A DNA stretch of 63,079 bases, filler included. It is 5 parts of 5 records of this genome, joined end to end, with 100 filler letters (N's around TTAATTAATTAA, not from the genome) between each part and the next. Parts side by side here need not be neighbours in the genome. Positions count along the whole stretch, not along the records: positions 41,489 to 53,550 come from SRR31156797_34484; positions 53,651 to 63,079 come from SRR31156797_34518; 3 more parts are not named here. One strand, written 5' to 3'. The notes beneath the pieces were generated by a model. That model did no database searches, was not told the DNA's origin, and saw only the letters and a list, made by a program, of their open reading frames with translations. This document shows positions 52,765 to 63,049 of this stretch, in pieces. The position numbers and the translations under genes were made by a program. The first letter of the stretch is position 1, and each line of letters starts with the position of its first letter.

Positions 52765-53550
52765 TTAGATGATCTTGCGCTTCAGCCGGGTCAGGCCGAC
52801 CCATTTCATCAGATTCTTCTCATAGAACGGCTCGCTGACGCCCTTACGCACCTTGCGCATGAAATACTTCTCGAAAGCGATCTTGGCGAGATGCACCCAG
52901 CGTCCCGACGATTCCCAGTTGACGTTGCGCGGCGGGATCTGCGGGATGGCGACGAAGGCCGTTCCCCTGTCGCCGAAGTCGGCCAGACAGGCGGCGCTCA
53001 TCGATCCTTCGTGGCTCGCCTCCTTGCCGTCGAGCAGATCGCGGATGTTATGCGCCGTCGCCGTCACCATGCTCTCGATCATGAAGCCGGTCTTCGGGCA
53101 TCCGGTCGGCACCGGCGTAGTTTCGACCGGCGGCAGCGCGATGACGACGCCGATGGAAAAGATATTGGGATAGGCGGGATTGCGCTGGTGCGCGTCCACG
53201 ATCACGAAGTCGCGCGGGTTGGCCAGCTTTTCGATGCCGGCGATGGCCGGAAAGCCCCGGAAGGCCGGGATGAAGGCGGCGAGATCCTGATCGATTACGT
53301 GCTGTTTCTTCGGATTGCCGTCCTCGTCGTGCTCGGTAACCTCGACCTTGTCTTTGTCCACCTTGTCGATCTTGGCGTTGCAGATCCAGCCGATGTGCCG
53401 TTTGCGCAGTTCCGATTCCAGCAACCCCTTGGAATCGCCGACGCCGCCCAGCCCCAGATGCCCGACATACGGTTCCGGGGTGACAAACGTAATGGGCACC
53501 CGGTCGCGAATCCGGCGTTTCCGCAAATCGGCGTCCATGATGCAGGCCAT
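52765..53550 (-). CDS. sqr: Sulfide:quinone oxidoreductase, C-terminal part (5' truncated)
   Basis: TPEPYVGHLGLGG, PKTGFMIESM, CLADFGD, PQIPPRN and AFEKYF (type I SQR-like). Confidence 0.88.
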   Translation of the reverse strand: MACIMDADLRKRRIRDRVPITFVTPEPYVGHLGLGGVGDSKGLLESELRKRHIGWICNAKIDKVDKDKVEVTEHDEDGNPKKQHVIDQDLAAFIPAFRGFPAIAGIEKLANPRDFVIVDAHQRNPAYPNIFSIGVVIALPPVETTPVPTGCPKTGFMIESMVTATAHNIRDLLDGKEASHEGSMSAACLADFGDRGTAFVAIPQIPPRNVNWESSGRWVHLAKIAFEKYFMRKVRKGVSEPFYEKNLMKWVGLTRLKRKII

Positions 53551-53650
53551 NNNNNNNNNNNNNNNNNNNNNNNNNNNNNNNNNNNNNNNNNNNNTTAATT
53601 AATTAANNNNNNNNNNNNNNNNNNNNNNNNNNNNNNNNNNNNNNNNNNNN
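53551..53650. other. Artificial contig linker
   Basis: N44-TTAATTAATTAA-N44. Confidence 0.99.
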
Positions 53651-53731
53651 GGGATCGAAGCGAAATCTCATGTGATTGCACGCGGCAGGCTGTTACAGCA
53701 ATAGATAATTTTACGGATAAAAGCTATAAAA

Positions 53732-53773
53732 ACCACGAAGTTCACGAAGAAAAATTTTCGTGGTCTTCGTGGT
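53732..53773. repeat. Intergenic palindromic repeat (REP-like hairpin)
   Basis: ACCACGAAG-tt-CACGAA...TTCGTG-gt-CTTCGTGGT. Confidence 0.65.
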
Positions 53774-53898
53774 AAAATCAAAATTTACCGCTCAGAACAA
53801 ATTCACCCTGGGTTTTTATTGTTGACACATTAATGTAGTTCCATTAAGCAATACTCTGGTAAATCTCTTTTCTTCTTTTGAGTAAATAAGGTGCCGTC

Positions 53899-55239
53899 AT
53901 GATGAAAAAGTTCTTAAGAATTTTTTTCGTGTTAATTATTATATTGGGAATATCCGACCCGGTTCTTTATGCTGAAGATATTCCTACCGGACAATCCGAA
54001 ACTGTTCCAACAGGCCAGAGTGATTCTGTACCCATCGGCCAAACCGAAGGGGTGGCAGAAGAAGGGCAGGGGATTACCTCTGATGTCTTTGGGCGGGAGG
54101 GCGGGGTTTTTCATCCCTATATTATTGTTGAAGAAAGATGGACGGACAACCTGTTCACCACACAGTCCGATGAAAAATCCGATTTTATAACAACTATCGC
54201 ACCGGGGATTTGGCTGGCGTTCCCTGCCAACCGTGAAAAATTGTTGTCATTGGACACCACAACAACCGTATCCGGCGGCATGAAATTGAGCAGGATCAAG
54301 CCTGAAGCGCAGAGGCGTTTCCAGACCTACTTTTTGTACTCTCCTGAAGTTGTGTTGTATGCCGATCATTCAGACCATAACCATTTTAATCATACCGCCC
54401 AGGCATTGTTCCAGTATAACCTGAATAACGGACTTTCTTTTGACATCATAGATATATTCAAGGAAAAAGAAGATATTTCCGGTGACGGTACCACCGATAC
54501 CCTTTACAGATATAGGAGCAACCTGGTTGATTTCATCACCACCTACGATCCTTCTGAAAAACTGACCCTGAGATTTGATTATTCCAATTACTATCTTGAC
54601 TATGACGAGGATATTAACGAATACCGGAACAGAATGGATAACGGGATCGACTTTTATCTGTTTTACAAGTTCAAACCTAAAACATCCGTCTTTGCCCAGT
54701 ATGCCTACACCATTATTGATTATGACGATAACGACGATAACGACAATAAGGAAAACAAATTCTTTGTCGGTATAAACTGGGCCATGACCGCCAAATCCAG
54801 CGGCCGGTTTAAAGTGGGTTACATGGAAAAGGATTTTGACGGAGCCAATATCGACAGTCAAGACGGAGTATCCTTTGAACTCCAGACCCAGCACAATTTT
54901 ACAGCCAAAAGGGCTATCCAGGCCAATGCCTACAGGATGTTCAACGAGTCTGACACAGCATCTGCATCCAGTTATTATAATACCGGCATTGATGTGGGAC
55001 TGATGCAGAAATTCACTGAAAAAATATCAGCTACCTTGAATATGATTTATGAAAAACACGAGTACAACGAAAGTGACCGTGAGGATGATTACATCAGGAT
55101 CGGTCCTGCAGTGCGGTGGAAACCCAGGGAATGGATCTTTTTAGACCTTGCATACTACTGGACTCATAAAGATTCCAATGACAATCTATACGATTACACC
55201 AGCAATATGGTTATACTCAAGATCACCATGACCCTTTAA
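53899..55239 (+). CDS. Outer-membrane beta-barrel of a polysaccharide export locus
   Basis: Signal peptide; DN.F....SDFITTIAPG start and alternating aromatic strands; first gene of the EPS operon. Confidence 0.8.
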   Translation: MMKKFLRIFFVLIIILGISDPVLYAEDIPTGQSETVPTGQSDSVPIGQTEGVAEEGQGITSDVFGREGGVFHPYIIVEERWTDNLFTTQSDEKSDFITTIAPGIWLAFPANREKLLSLDTTTTVSGGMKLSRIKPEAQRRFQTYFLYSPEVVLYADHSDHNHFNHTAQALFQYNLNNGLSFDIIDIFKEKEDISGDGTTDTLYRYRSNLVDFITTYDPSEKLTLRFDYSNYYLDYDEDINEYRNRMDNGIDFYLFYKFKPKTSVFAQYAYTIIDYDDNDDNDNKENKFFVGINWAMTAKSSGRFKVGYMEKDFDGANIDSQDGVSFELQTQHNFTAKRAIQANAYRMFNESDTASASSYYNTGIDVGLMQKFTEKISATLNMIYEKHEYNESDREDDYIRIGPAVRWKPREWIFLDLAYYWTHKDSNDNLYDYTSNMVILKITMTL

Positions 55240-55242
55240 AGA

Positions 55243-56043
55243 ATGAATATGATGAATACCTTACACCGGTTTGTTTTTGTCTTTTTGGTTGCGCTGATTC
55301 CCTTTACCGCATCTGCCCAGGATTACAGAGTCGGGGAGGGGGATATACTTGAGATCAATGTATATGAAAATGCGGATCTGGATACAACGTCACGCGTATC
55401 ATCCGGGGGGACCATCCGGGTTCCCCTGATCGGGGAAATCCGTGTCAAGGACATGACCGTATCCCAGGTGTCCATCCTTATTGAAGAAAAGTTGGCTGAC
55501 GGGTACCTGGTCTCCCCCCAGGTGGATGTGTTTATCAAAGAGCATCGAAGCAAACAGGCGGTGATCCTGGGCCAGATTCGCACGCCCGGCCAATATGAGG
55601 TCCGGGGCAAGGTCACTTTGCTTGAGTTTATATCCACGGCCGGAGGACTGACTGATGATGCCGGGAACACGGCCATCATCAAAAGAAAAGGCAAGGGTGG
55701 AAACAAAAAAAACAAAATTGTCATTAATCTTGAGATGCTCATTGAAAAAGGCGACACTTCTTTGAATATCAATATCCAGGATAATGATTCAATTTATATT
55801 TCCAAGGCAGAGACCTATTATGTGTCAGGGGAAGTGAAAAAGCCTGATTCCTACAAATATGAAACCGATGTGACGGTGATCAAGGCAGTGACCAAGGCAG
55901 GCGGTTTCTCCAAAATTGCGGCTAAAAGTAAAGTCAGGATTATTCGTACCGTTAACGGAGAAAAGAAAATTTTTGAAAAGGTGAACATGGATGTACCTGT
56001 ACTTCCCGGTGACGTTCTCGTTGTTCCCGAAAGCTTGTGGTAA
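55243..56043 (+). CDS. Short OPX/Wza-like polysaccharide export protein (Poly_export + 2 SLBB)
   Basis: YRVGEGD.LEI.V, G.I.VPLIG, V.GEVKKP and AGGF..PGD.LVVPES. Confidence 0.9.
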   Translation: MNMMNTLHRFVFVFLVALIPFTASAQDYRVGEGDILEINVYENADLDTTSRVSSGGTIRVPLIGEIRVKDMTVSQVSILIEEKLADGYLVSPQVDVFIKEHRSKQAVILGQIRTPGQYEVRGKVTLLEFISTAGGLTDDAGNTAIIKRKGKGGNKKNKIVINLEMLIEKGDTSLNINIQDNDSIYISKAETYYVSGEVKKPDSYKYETDVTVIKAVTKAGGFSKIAAKSKVRIIRTVNGEKKIFEKVNMDVPVLPGDVLVVPESLW

Positions 56044-56052
56044 GGCCTAAAC

Positions 56053-58260
56053 ATGACAGAGGATATTCAGGAAAAAGAAATTCATCTCAAGGACTATCTT
56101 AGGGTCCTTAAAAAACGCCGCGGCACTATCATTACTTTTTTTATACTGACATTTGTGGTGGTGGTCATTGCAACATATACCGCCACGCCCATGTTCCAGG
56201 CCGGTACCAAGGTGATGATTGAAAGGGATACCAGTGCGGGGCTGACGTCATCATACCGGTATACCCCCTATGATCCGGAATTTTTGGAAACCCAGTACCA
56301 GCTTATCAAAAGTGCCGCTGTGGTGGAAAAAGTGGTCCGCAACCTGGGGCCCGAAAAATTTTATGACTTTATTTTTAAACCCGATGAAAATCCTTCTTTT
56401 ATTGCAATTGCCAAAGCCTGGGTGAATGGTCGGATTGCCGATATTAAAGATGTTCTGGGAATTGACCGCCGGCTCAGTTCGGATGATGAGCAGCTTTCAG
56501 CCGAATCTGTCATTAAGGCGGTGCCCCTGACCAAGGCCGAGCAGCTGGAAGATGTTATTAAGAAAGGGATTTCAGCTGAGCCTGTATCCACCTCCAGGGT
56601 GGTGCAGATCAGTTTTACGTCCGACAATCCTGCAGTGGCCACCAAGATTGTTAATTCCGTTGCCCAGGCCTATATTGAAGAACTGGTGGAGATGCAGATG
56701 GAGGTGTCCGGGCACAGTATCGGGTGGATGAAGAAAAAAGCGGACCTCCAGAGAAAAAAACTGGAAGAGTCCGAGCGGAGTCTCCATGCCTATAAAAAAG
56801 AACACGATATTATCACTATTGAAGACAAGTTGACAGTGCTGCCCGAAAGACTTTCTGATCTGTCCAGAAAAATGACCCAGGCTGAAACAAAGAGAAAAGA
56901 ACTTGCAGCCGTTTACAGCCAGGTTAAAAACATCTCCAGAAGTAAGTTGGAAACCATTCCTTCCATTGTGGAAAACACGTCGGTGGATTCCATCAACAGG
57001 GCCATTCTTGCTGCCGAGCAGAAAATTTCCGAACTGTCGAAAAAATACGGCTATAAACATCCCAGGATGATTACAGCGAAAAACGAACTGGCTGATTTGA
57101 AGAAAAAGAAATACAGGGAGCTGGACAAGGCGGTGCAGACCATTAAAAACCAGTACCAGCTTGCAAGTTCCAATGAAAAAAGTTTTAATGAGCTTTTGGA
57201 GCAGACCAAATTCCAGACATCGCAACTTGGGGAGAAGTCCATCCAGCTTGAAATCCTGAAAAGAAAGGTTGAAACCAACCGCTTTCTTTACGATGCACTG
57301 ATCAAAAAGATGAAGGAAAAAGGAATCACCGAACAGAGCCAGTCTGTCAATGTTTGGGTGATTGAAAAGGCAAGGGTCCCCAAGTTACCGGCAACGCCCA
57401 AGAAAAAGAGAAATCTTCTGCTGGGAATTGTTTTGGGGCTTTTCGGCGGGATAGGGCTTGCTTTTTTCCTGGAATATCTTGATACTACTATTAAAACACC
57501 TGAGGATGTTGAAGAAAAATTTGATATTCCTGTTATTGCAACGGTGGAGCTTTACAAAAACAAGAATAAAACGATTGTCGAACATGTGCTTGATGATCCG
57601 TCTTCCATGGTGTCGGAAAATTTTAAAGGCATGCGGACATCCATTCTTCTTTCTTCAGCAGACCATCCCCCTAAAACCATACTGATTACGTCCATGACCC
57701 CGGGTGAGGGTAAGTCTTCCATATGTTCCTGCCTGGCATCGGCCATTGCCCAGACCGGTAAAAAGGTGTTGGTGATTGACGGTGACATGCGGCGGCCCAC
57801 CCAGCATAAAAATTTTGGGTTGGAAAATTCAGCAGGGTTGAGTTCGTTGCTTGCCGGCATGGATGTGCCAGGAGAGGATCTGATCAACAGGGACGTTGAC
57901 CCCACCGGGCTCATTGACATCATTACCTCCGGTCCCATTCCGCCCAACCCTTCTGAACTGTTAAGTTCTACTAAGGCGAGGACACTGATAGATAAGGCAT
58001 CAAATCCCTATGATTTCATCATTGTGGACGCACCGCCTCTGGCCAGTGTCGCCGATCCTTTGATCATGAGCCGGCATGTAGACGGCGTGATTATTGTGAC
58101 CTGGGCCGGACAAACCAATTATGAAATGATGGGAAAAGGAATAAGGCAGCTCAATGATGTCTCTGCGCCAATTACAGGTGTTGTGCTCAACCGGTTCAGT
58201 GCTAAAAAGAGTGGATATTATTATAATTACGGAGATTATTACTACGCGTCAGAATCTTGA
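56053..58260 (+). CDS. wzc: Wzc/GumC polysaccharide co-polymerase tyrosine kinase
   Basis: Two TM helices, coiled coil, GEGKS Walker A, DGDMRRP, DAPP and a YYYNYGDYYY tail. Confidence 0.93.
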   Translation: MTEDIQEKEIHLKDYLRVLKKRRGTIITFFILTFVVVVIATYTATPMFQAGTKVMIERDTSAGLTSSYRYTPYDPEFLETQYQLIKSAAVVEKVVRNLGPEKFYDFIFKPDENPSFIAIAKAWVNGRIADIKDVLGIDRRLSSDDEQLSAESVIKAVPLTKAEQLEDVIKKGISAEPVSTSRVVQISFTSDNPAVATKIVNSVAQAYIEELVEMQMEVSGHSIGWMKKKADLQRKKLEESERSLHAYKKEHDIITIEDKLTVLPERLSDLSRKMTQAETKRKELAAVYSQVKNISRSKLETIPSIVENTSVDSINRAILAAEQKISELSKKYGYKHPRMITAKNELADLKKKKYRELDKAVQTIKNQYQLASSNEKSFNELLEQTKFQTSQLGEKSIQLEILKRKVETNRFLYDALIKKMKEKGITEQSQSVNVWVIEKARVPKLPATPKKKRNLLLGIVLGLFGGIGLAFFLEYLDTTIKTPEDVEEKFDIPVIATVELYKNKNKTIVEHVLDDPSSMVSENFKGMRTSILLSSADHPPKTILITSMTPGEGKSSICSCLASAIAQTGKKVLVIDGDMRRPTQHKNFGLENSAGLSSLLAGMDVPGEDLINRDVDPTGLIDIITSGPIPPNPSELLSSTKARTLIDKASNPYDFIIVDAPPLASVADPLIMSRHVDGVIIVTWAGQTNYEMMGKGIRQLNDVSAPITGVVLNRFSAKKSGYYYNYGDYYYASES

Positions 58261-58280
58261 ACCGATCATAGAGATTTGAT

Positions 58281-60626
58281 TTGAAAACAGCACGCTTTTC
58301 TATTTTTTTTCTGATTTTTTTTACGCCTTTGGCCTTTGGTACCAAGGCCGCCTGGGCATACGGGATCATGGAGGTGGTGATCGGTGCCGGGCTGTTGTGT
58401 TTTGCTCTGACCGTGATTAAAAAACAGGAGCAGATAGTTGAGGTACCGGCACTTGTGCCCCTGCTTATTTTTTTGGCTTATATCCTGTTCCAGGTGGTGC
58501 CCCTGCCGCCTGAGCTGGTCAAATTTCTTTCCCCCCAGGCCTATACTATCCATTCCAGGGCGTATGAACTTTTTGATGCCCAAGGGTGGATGACCCTTTC
58601 CATTCACCCCAAGGCCACGGTGTTTCAGTTTTTCCGGTATGCCTCCTATACCGCGTTTTACGTCCTTACCATCCAGGTATTAAAAGAAAAGGGGGCACTG
58701 CAGTCCATTGCATTGTCCATTGCAGTATATGGCGCCCTTCTGGCCTTGTCGTCCATTCTGCAGCTTTACCTGACCGAAGATATGGCCCTTTGGTTTTGGT
58801 ATACCCCGAAAAATTCAATGGTAATGGGGCCCTACAGCAACCATAACCATTATGCCGGGCTCATGGAAATGATTTTTCCTTTGGTGCTTGGGCTGTTCTT
58901 TTTTTACCGGCCCAGGATCGGGGAAACCTCTTTTATCCGGGGGATCATTGAAATCCTGAATCAGGAAAAGGCTAATATTCATATTCTTATCGGGGCCTCG
59001 GCTTTACTGGTCGTTGTCTCTATCTTTGTCAGTCTGTCCCGGGGGGCAATAATTTCTACCTGCCTTGCTTTGTCCGTATTTTCCTTTTTGCTTTTAAAGC
59101 GTAAAACAAACCGGAGAAACAGTCTGTTGATCATCGGTGTGATTATGGGGGCTGCCCTTGCAATGGGATGGTTTGGGTGGGATCAGGTGTTTGAGCGGTT
59201 CGCCAAGATGAAAAACCCCGAAGGTGTTCTTTATAATACCCGGCTGGAATTTTGGAAGGACAGTTTTCAGATTATAAAGGATTTTTTTCTGACAGGGGCG
59301 GGGTTTGGCGGATTTGTTCACATCTATCCACCGTATAAGAGCCTGATTGACAACAGGGTGCTTAACTATGCCCATAACGATTATATCCAATTGCTGGTCG
59401 AAGGCGGAGGTTTCGGGTTTTCAATCATTGCCGTTTTCATGGTTGTCTTCTTTTTTAAATCTTTCAAGGCTTTTTCAAAACGGCGGGACGCCCTTTGTGT
59501 CTATCTTTATATGGGCAGCATTACCGGGATGGTGTCTATCCTTTTTCATAGTTTTACGGATTTTAATCTGCATATCGGAGCCAACGGCCTGTGGTTTGCT
59601 TTTTTGGCTGGACTTGCCGTTTCCGCCGCAAATACTAATATTCGGCGAAAGTACAGCCGCACCAGACTGGCCCCTGTTGAGGGCGTCTTTAAGCGCCGTG
59701 TATTTACCGGGGTGTCCATGGGGTTCGTGGTTGCCGTGGCAGTCTTCCAGGCCTCTCATCTGGGAGGGGTTTTTTATCTGGCCCATATCAAAGATAAAGT
59801 GATTACATCACAAACCAGCGACACGGAGCTTGATGCCATCCAATCCGTTGCACGGGCGGCCTCGGCATTTGATCCGCTGCTGTCACGGTCCAGGTATTTT
59901 GAAGCGGTTACCGCTATCCGCAAAAAGAACATGGAGCAGGCTGAAGAATTATTCAGAACCGCAGTCCACCTGGCGCCTTTAAATTCATGGTATTTGATGC
60001 GGTTCGGACGGTTTGCCGCCCGTAAAGGGCAACCGGAAAAGGCTGAAAAAGCATTTTCCCTGGCCATGCAATACCGGCCGACCCTGCCGGCATACACCCT
60101 GCAATACGGTACCTGGTTGCTGTCAACGGATCGGATTGATCAGGGGCTTGCACTTTTAAAGACCACCCTTGAGCTTGATGGTAAATATTCGGATACGGTC
60201 ATTCGAACCCTTCTTGTGGCCAATGTGGACAAAGAAATCATGTTGACGGCCATTCCAAGAACCCCAGGCCCCATGTTTGCCTATGCAGACTTCTTGTATA
60301 CCGTTGGACGGCAGATCCAGGGCGAGGAAATTTACAGGGAGATGCTGACCATTCTGGGAGAGCAGGATAATCCCAAGGCATGGCACTACTGGCGGGTATA
60401 TCGATTTTTTATCCGGCAAAAAAATATTAAAGATGCGGTAGCGGCCATGGAAAGAGCTGAAACCGCTATACCCGGTCATCCTGGATTTAAGATTACGCTG
60501 GGCGATTTGTACCGGCGTCAGGGTATTTTGTTCAAGGCCCGGGAAAAGTATGAGCAGGCACTGTATATTGATCCCAATAATAAAAAAGCGCGCCAGCGCC
60601 TGAAAAAAATGGATTCTCAATCCTAA
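58281..60626 (+). CDS. O-antigen ligase/Wzy-like protein with C-terminal TPRs
   Basis: N.NHYAG, SLSRGA, R...W, G.G.G.F, AHNDY.Q and HS..DFNLH; TPR-like helices. Confidence 0.88.
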   Translation: MKTARFSIFFLIFFTPLAFGTKAAWAYGIMEVVIGAGLLCFALTVIKKQEQIVEVPALVPLLIFLAYILFQVVPLPPELVKFLSPQAYTIHSRAYELFDAQGWMTLSIHPKATVFQFFRYASYTAFYVLTIQVLKEKGALQSIALSIAVYGALLALSSILQLYLTEDMALWFWYTPKNSMVMGPYSNHNHYAGLMEMIFPLVLGLFFFYRPRIGETSFIRGIIEILNQEKANIHILIGASALLVVVSIFVSLSRGAIISTCLALSVFSFLLLKRKTNRRNSLLIIGVIMGAALAMGWFGWDQVFERFAKMKNPEGVLYNTRLEFWKDSFQIIKDFFLTGAGFGGFVHIYPPYKSLIDNRVLNYAHNDYIQLLVEGGGFGFSIIAVFMVVFFFKSFKAFSKRRDALCVYLYMGSITGMVSILFHSFTDFNLHIGANGLWFAFLAGLAVSAANTNIRRKYSRTRLAPVEGVFKRRVFTGVSMGFVVAVAVFQASHLGGVFYLAHIKDKVITSQTSDTELDAIQSVARAASAFDPLLSRSRYFEAVTAIRKKNMEQAEELFRTAVHLAPLNSWYLMRFGRFAARKGQPEKAEKAFSLAMQYRPTLPAYTLQYGTWLLSTDRIDQGLALLKTTLELDGKYSDTVIRTLLVANVDKEIMLTAIPRTPGPMFAYADFLYTVGRQIQGEEIYREMLTILGEQDNPKAWHYWRVYRFFIRQKNIKDAVAAMERAETAIPGHPGFKITLGDLYRRQGILFKAREKYEQALYIDPNNKKARQRLKKMDSQS

Positions 60627-60635
60627 GGCAGCGGG

Positions 60636-61175
60636 TTAATCGTTTATGTGCTTTTCCACGTATTGGGCCATGACCTCATGGATCCGCTGTGGGGGAGAGA
60701 CTTTAAAATAATTTTCAACCACCACATGTCCGATTTCGTGACAGGTAACCCTCAGCCGCCCGTTGTTTGAGGAGTAAAATACCCGGTTAAGCCGGGGGGA
60801 ATAAAAGGCAATATAATCGACATTGACGTTATAAATCCGCTTAAAGGCATGGGCAACTTCATCTGTACCGGGCAGGATTTTAATTGAATACGTGAGGGGT
60901 CTTGGGTACATATCCAGGACCCTCATTGCTTTTTCTGTGATGACATTTATTTTTGCAACGACTTCCTGTTCGACGGTGTCGGTTTTATATCGTCTGACCT
61001 GAGACCCCAGCCGACCACCGACGTATAGCTTTTTGTTATAGCGCCTGAGGTCCTCAGGATTATCATAAATGATCGTTGCATATCTGCTCTTGAGCTCATA
61101 GGCAGTACAGGGTGACAACAAGCCGTCTGCCTGCATCACCACAACGCTCAAAAGAACTGCTGCTATAAACCGCAT
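60636..61175 (-). CDS. Secreted putative zinc metallopeptidase-like protein
   Basis: Signal peptide; HEIGH plus downstream HEVMA. Confidence 0.6.
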   Translation of the reverse strand: MRFIAAVLLSVVVMQADGLLSPCTAYELKSRYATIIYDNPEDLRRYNKKLYVGGRLGSQVRRYKTDTVEQEVVAKINVITEKAMRVLDMYPRPLTYSIKILPGTDEVAHAFKRIYNVNVDYIAFYSPRLNRVFYSSNNGRLRVTCHEIGHVVVENYFKVSPPQRIHEVMAQYVEKHIND

Positions 61176-61182
61176 TGTGAAA

Positions 61183-61797
61183 TTACCTGTTCACCTGGCT
61201 GCTGTCCGTATATTCTCTGACTGCAGCTTCAATGTCTTTGCGGTTGCTTTCGATGTTTTCCACCAGTTTTGAAATATCTTCCCGGCGATCCTTTTCCAAG
61301 CCCGCCTTTATCTTTTCGGCAGACACACCGATGCCGGCGTTTAAGTCCTGTATCCGGTTCAGGTTCTGCAAAAGTTTTGAATTGAACAGGTTTACCTTTT
61401 CAGCCAGCTCTTTTCCCTCATCCTTATCCCTTAAACCAACCTTAACGGAAAGATCTCCTTTAATCATCTCATCAACGGTTCGTTCAAACCTGTAAAACGG
61501 GCCGGCCACACGATGGGTCAGTCTCATGGTGATAAAGCAGATAAAAATGCCTCCCAGGACGATAAACAGCCACTGGGTGCTTAAAATCTTTTTAAAAAGA
61601 ATGCCAGGCGTGGTGCCTAATTGCAGGTGATAATTTTCATAGACAATGGACAGGGTGTTTGAAGAAAAAAAACTGAAAATGGCGATAAAAAGAATGCTCC
61701 CCAGAGTTAAAAGAACAAAGTAGTTGAAAATAAATTTTCCCTGAAGCTCTTTGTTTATGAAATATATTTTACGTTTATAGGGGCTCGGCTGGTTCAT
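61183..61797 (-). CDS. 2-TM HAMP-domain protein without output domain
   Basis: KRKIYFI...Q.KF, two TM helices and HRVAGP.YRF....GDL....LR.KDE. Confidence 0.75.
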   Translation of the reverse strand: MNQPSPYKRKIYFINKELQGKFIFNYFVLLTLGSILFIAIFSFFSSNTLSIVYENYHLQLGTTPGILFKKILSTQWLFIVLGGIFICFITMRLTHRVAGPFYRFERTVDEMIKGDLSVKVGLRDKDEGKELAEKVNLFNSKLLQNLNRIQDLNAGIGVSAEKIKAGLEKDRREDISKLVENIESNRKDIEAAVREYTDSSQVNR

Positions 61798-62522
61798 TTT
61801 TCCCTCCAGATTTTTGCGTTCGCTTTTAATTTTCGTGCCCAGTCGGCCATGAGCAGTTCCTGTTTATAGCCGGCGATAAAGTTCTTGATCTTTTCAACAT
61901 CAATCTCATCTGCCGTTTGGGGGGTAATGGGGATGACCTGATCGATACGGTATGACAGAACGCCCATTCCCGATTCAACAGGTGGGGACATTTCTCCTTT
62001 CTTCAGGTTTAAAAGAGTAAACTTCAGTCCGTCAGAAAGATTCACAAAATTTGCATCGATTTTTTGCGGTGTCTGGGATACGCCGTTTTTTGCCTCGTTC
62101 AATGATTTATAGCCGAATTTTGAGATGATCAGGCGGCTCGCCGATAATGTTTTATATTTTTGAATTTCATTGTCGGACACGCTTACCTTAAGGGACGCAA
62201 GTTTCCTGTCCATTAAAATTTTGATCAGGGACTGCTCGTAGTATTGCTGGACAGACTGGCGGAATGATTCTTCTTTGTGGATCTTCTTGTTGAGTGCTTC
62301 CTGGATAAGAAGTTGTTCATCAATCAAGGAATCAATGTATTCATCACGATTCATGTAGTAAGGTTTTAGTTTGATCCGTGTTTCAAATTCGGATTTGGAA
62401 ATGATTCTGTCGTTGATCACAACCGCGGGCTTGGATATGTCAACCTTTGTATTGAATACACCGTAAGCGGCAAGAAGGGAAACCAGGACGATTATTCCGC
62501 CGATATAATAAAGGTATCGCAT
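61794..62522 (-). CDS. SurA/PrsA-like periplasmic chaperone (degenerate PPIase)
   Basis: Membrane anchor, V.IND..I, LI.EQLLIQEA, L..GE.S.PV and L...A.I. Confidence 0.7.
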   Translation of the reverse strand: MRYLYYIGGIIVLVSLLAAYGVFNTKVDISKPAVVINDRIISKSEFETRIKLKPYYMNRDEYIDSLIDEQLLIQEALNKKIHKEESFRQSVQQYYEQSLIKILMDRKLASLKVSVSDNEIQKYKTLSASRLIISKFGYKSLNEAKNGVSQTPQKIDANFVNLSDGLKFTLLNLKKGEMSPPVESGMGVLSYRIDQVIPITPQTADEIDVEKIKNFIAGYKQELLMADWARKLKANAKIWREK

Positions 62523-62565
62523 GATATTTCCTTAGGTTTTAAGTTTTTTGAGTGGGTCGTCCAGG

Positions 62566-62988
62566 CTATTTGTCAACGATCAGGCGGCCGGTATTCTTTT
62601 CGACCTGGATACATCTGTCATCATATAGTCTGACCATACTATAATCTTTAACATTTGTTATCTCAAGGTCGGGCAGCCCTTGGGTTTTCAACCATTTGCG
62701 TATAATTGGCAGCTGGTCCGGATCACTTGCCCGGGCAGTAAAAATTTTAACCTTTGCGCCGTTGCCGATCATCTCCTTTACCAGGGTCATCATTGCAACT
62801 ACAGGTTCTCCAACGGTTTCAATGGAGGCATTTTTGTTGTAATACGCCAGGGTACCGTCAAGATCAACACCGATCCATGGTTCTATAGCACCATGGTTTT
62901 CTTCTGAACTGTGTCGTGGGGCAATGGTATATTCCTTTGATGCTTCTTCCCCAGCTTTTTTAAGATATTCTTTTATTGATTTGAACAT
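62566..62988 (-). CDS. Small HAD-superfamily protein
   Basis: VDLDGTLA, IFTAR, K and YDD motifs. Confidence 0.7.
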   Translation of the reverse strand: MFKSIKEYLKKAGEEASKEYTIAPRHSSEENHGAIEPWIGVDLDGTLAYYNKNASIETVGEPVVAMMTLVKEMIGNGAKVKIFTARASDPDQLPIIRKWLKTQGLPDLEITNVKDYSMVRLYDDRCIQVEKNTGRLIVDK

Positions 62989-63049
62989 ATAAAATTGCAG
63001 TATCAGATACTAATTGTAAATGCAAATGTTATTACTCGATGATCAATGG

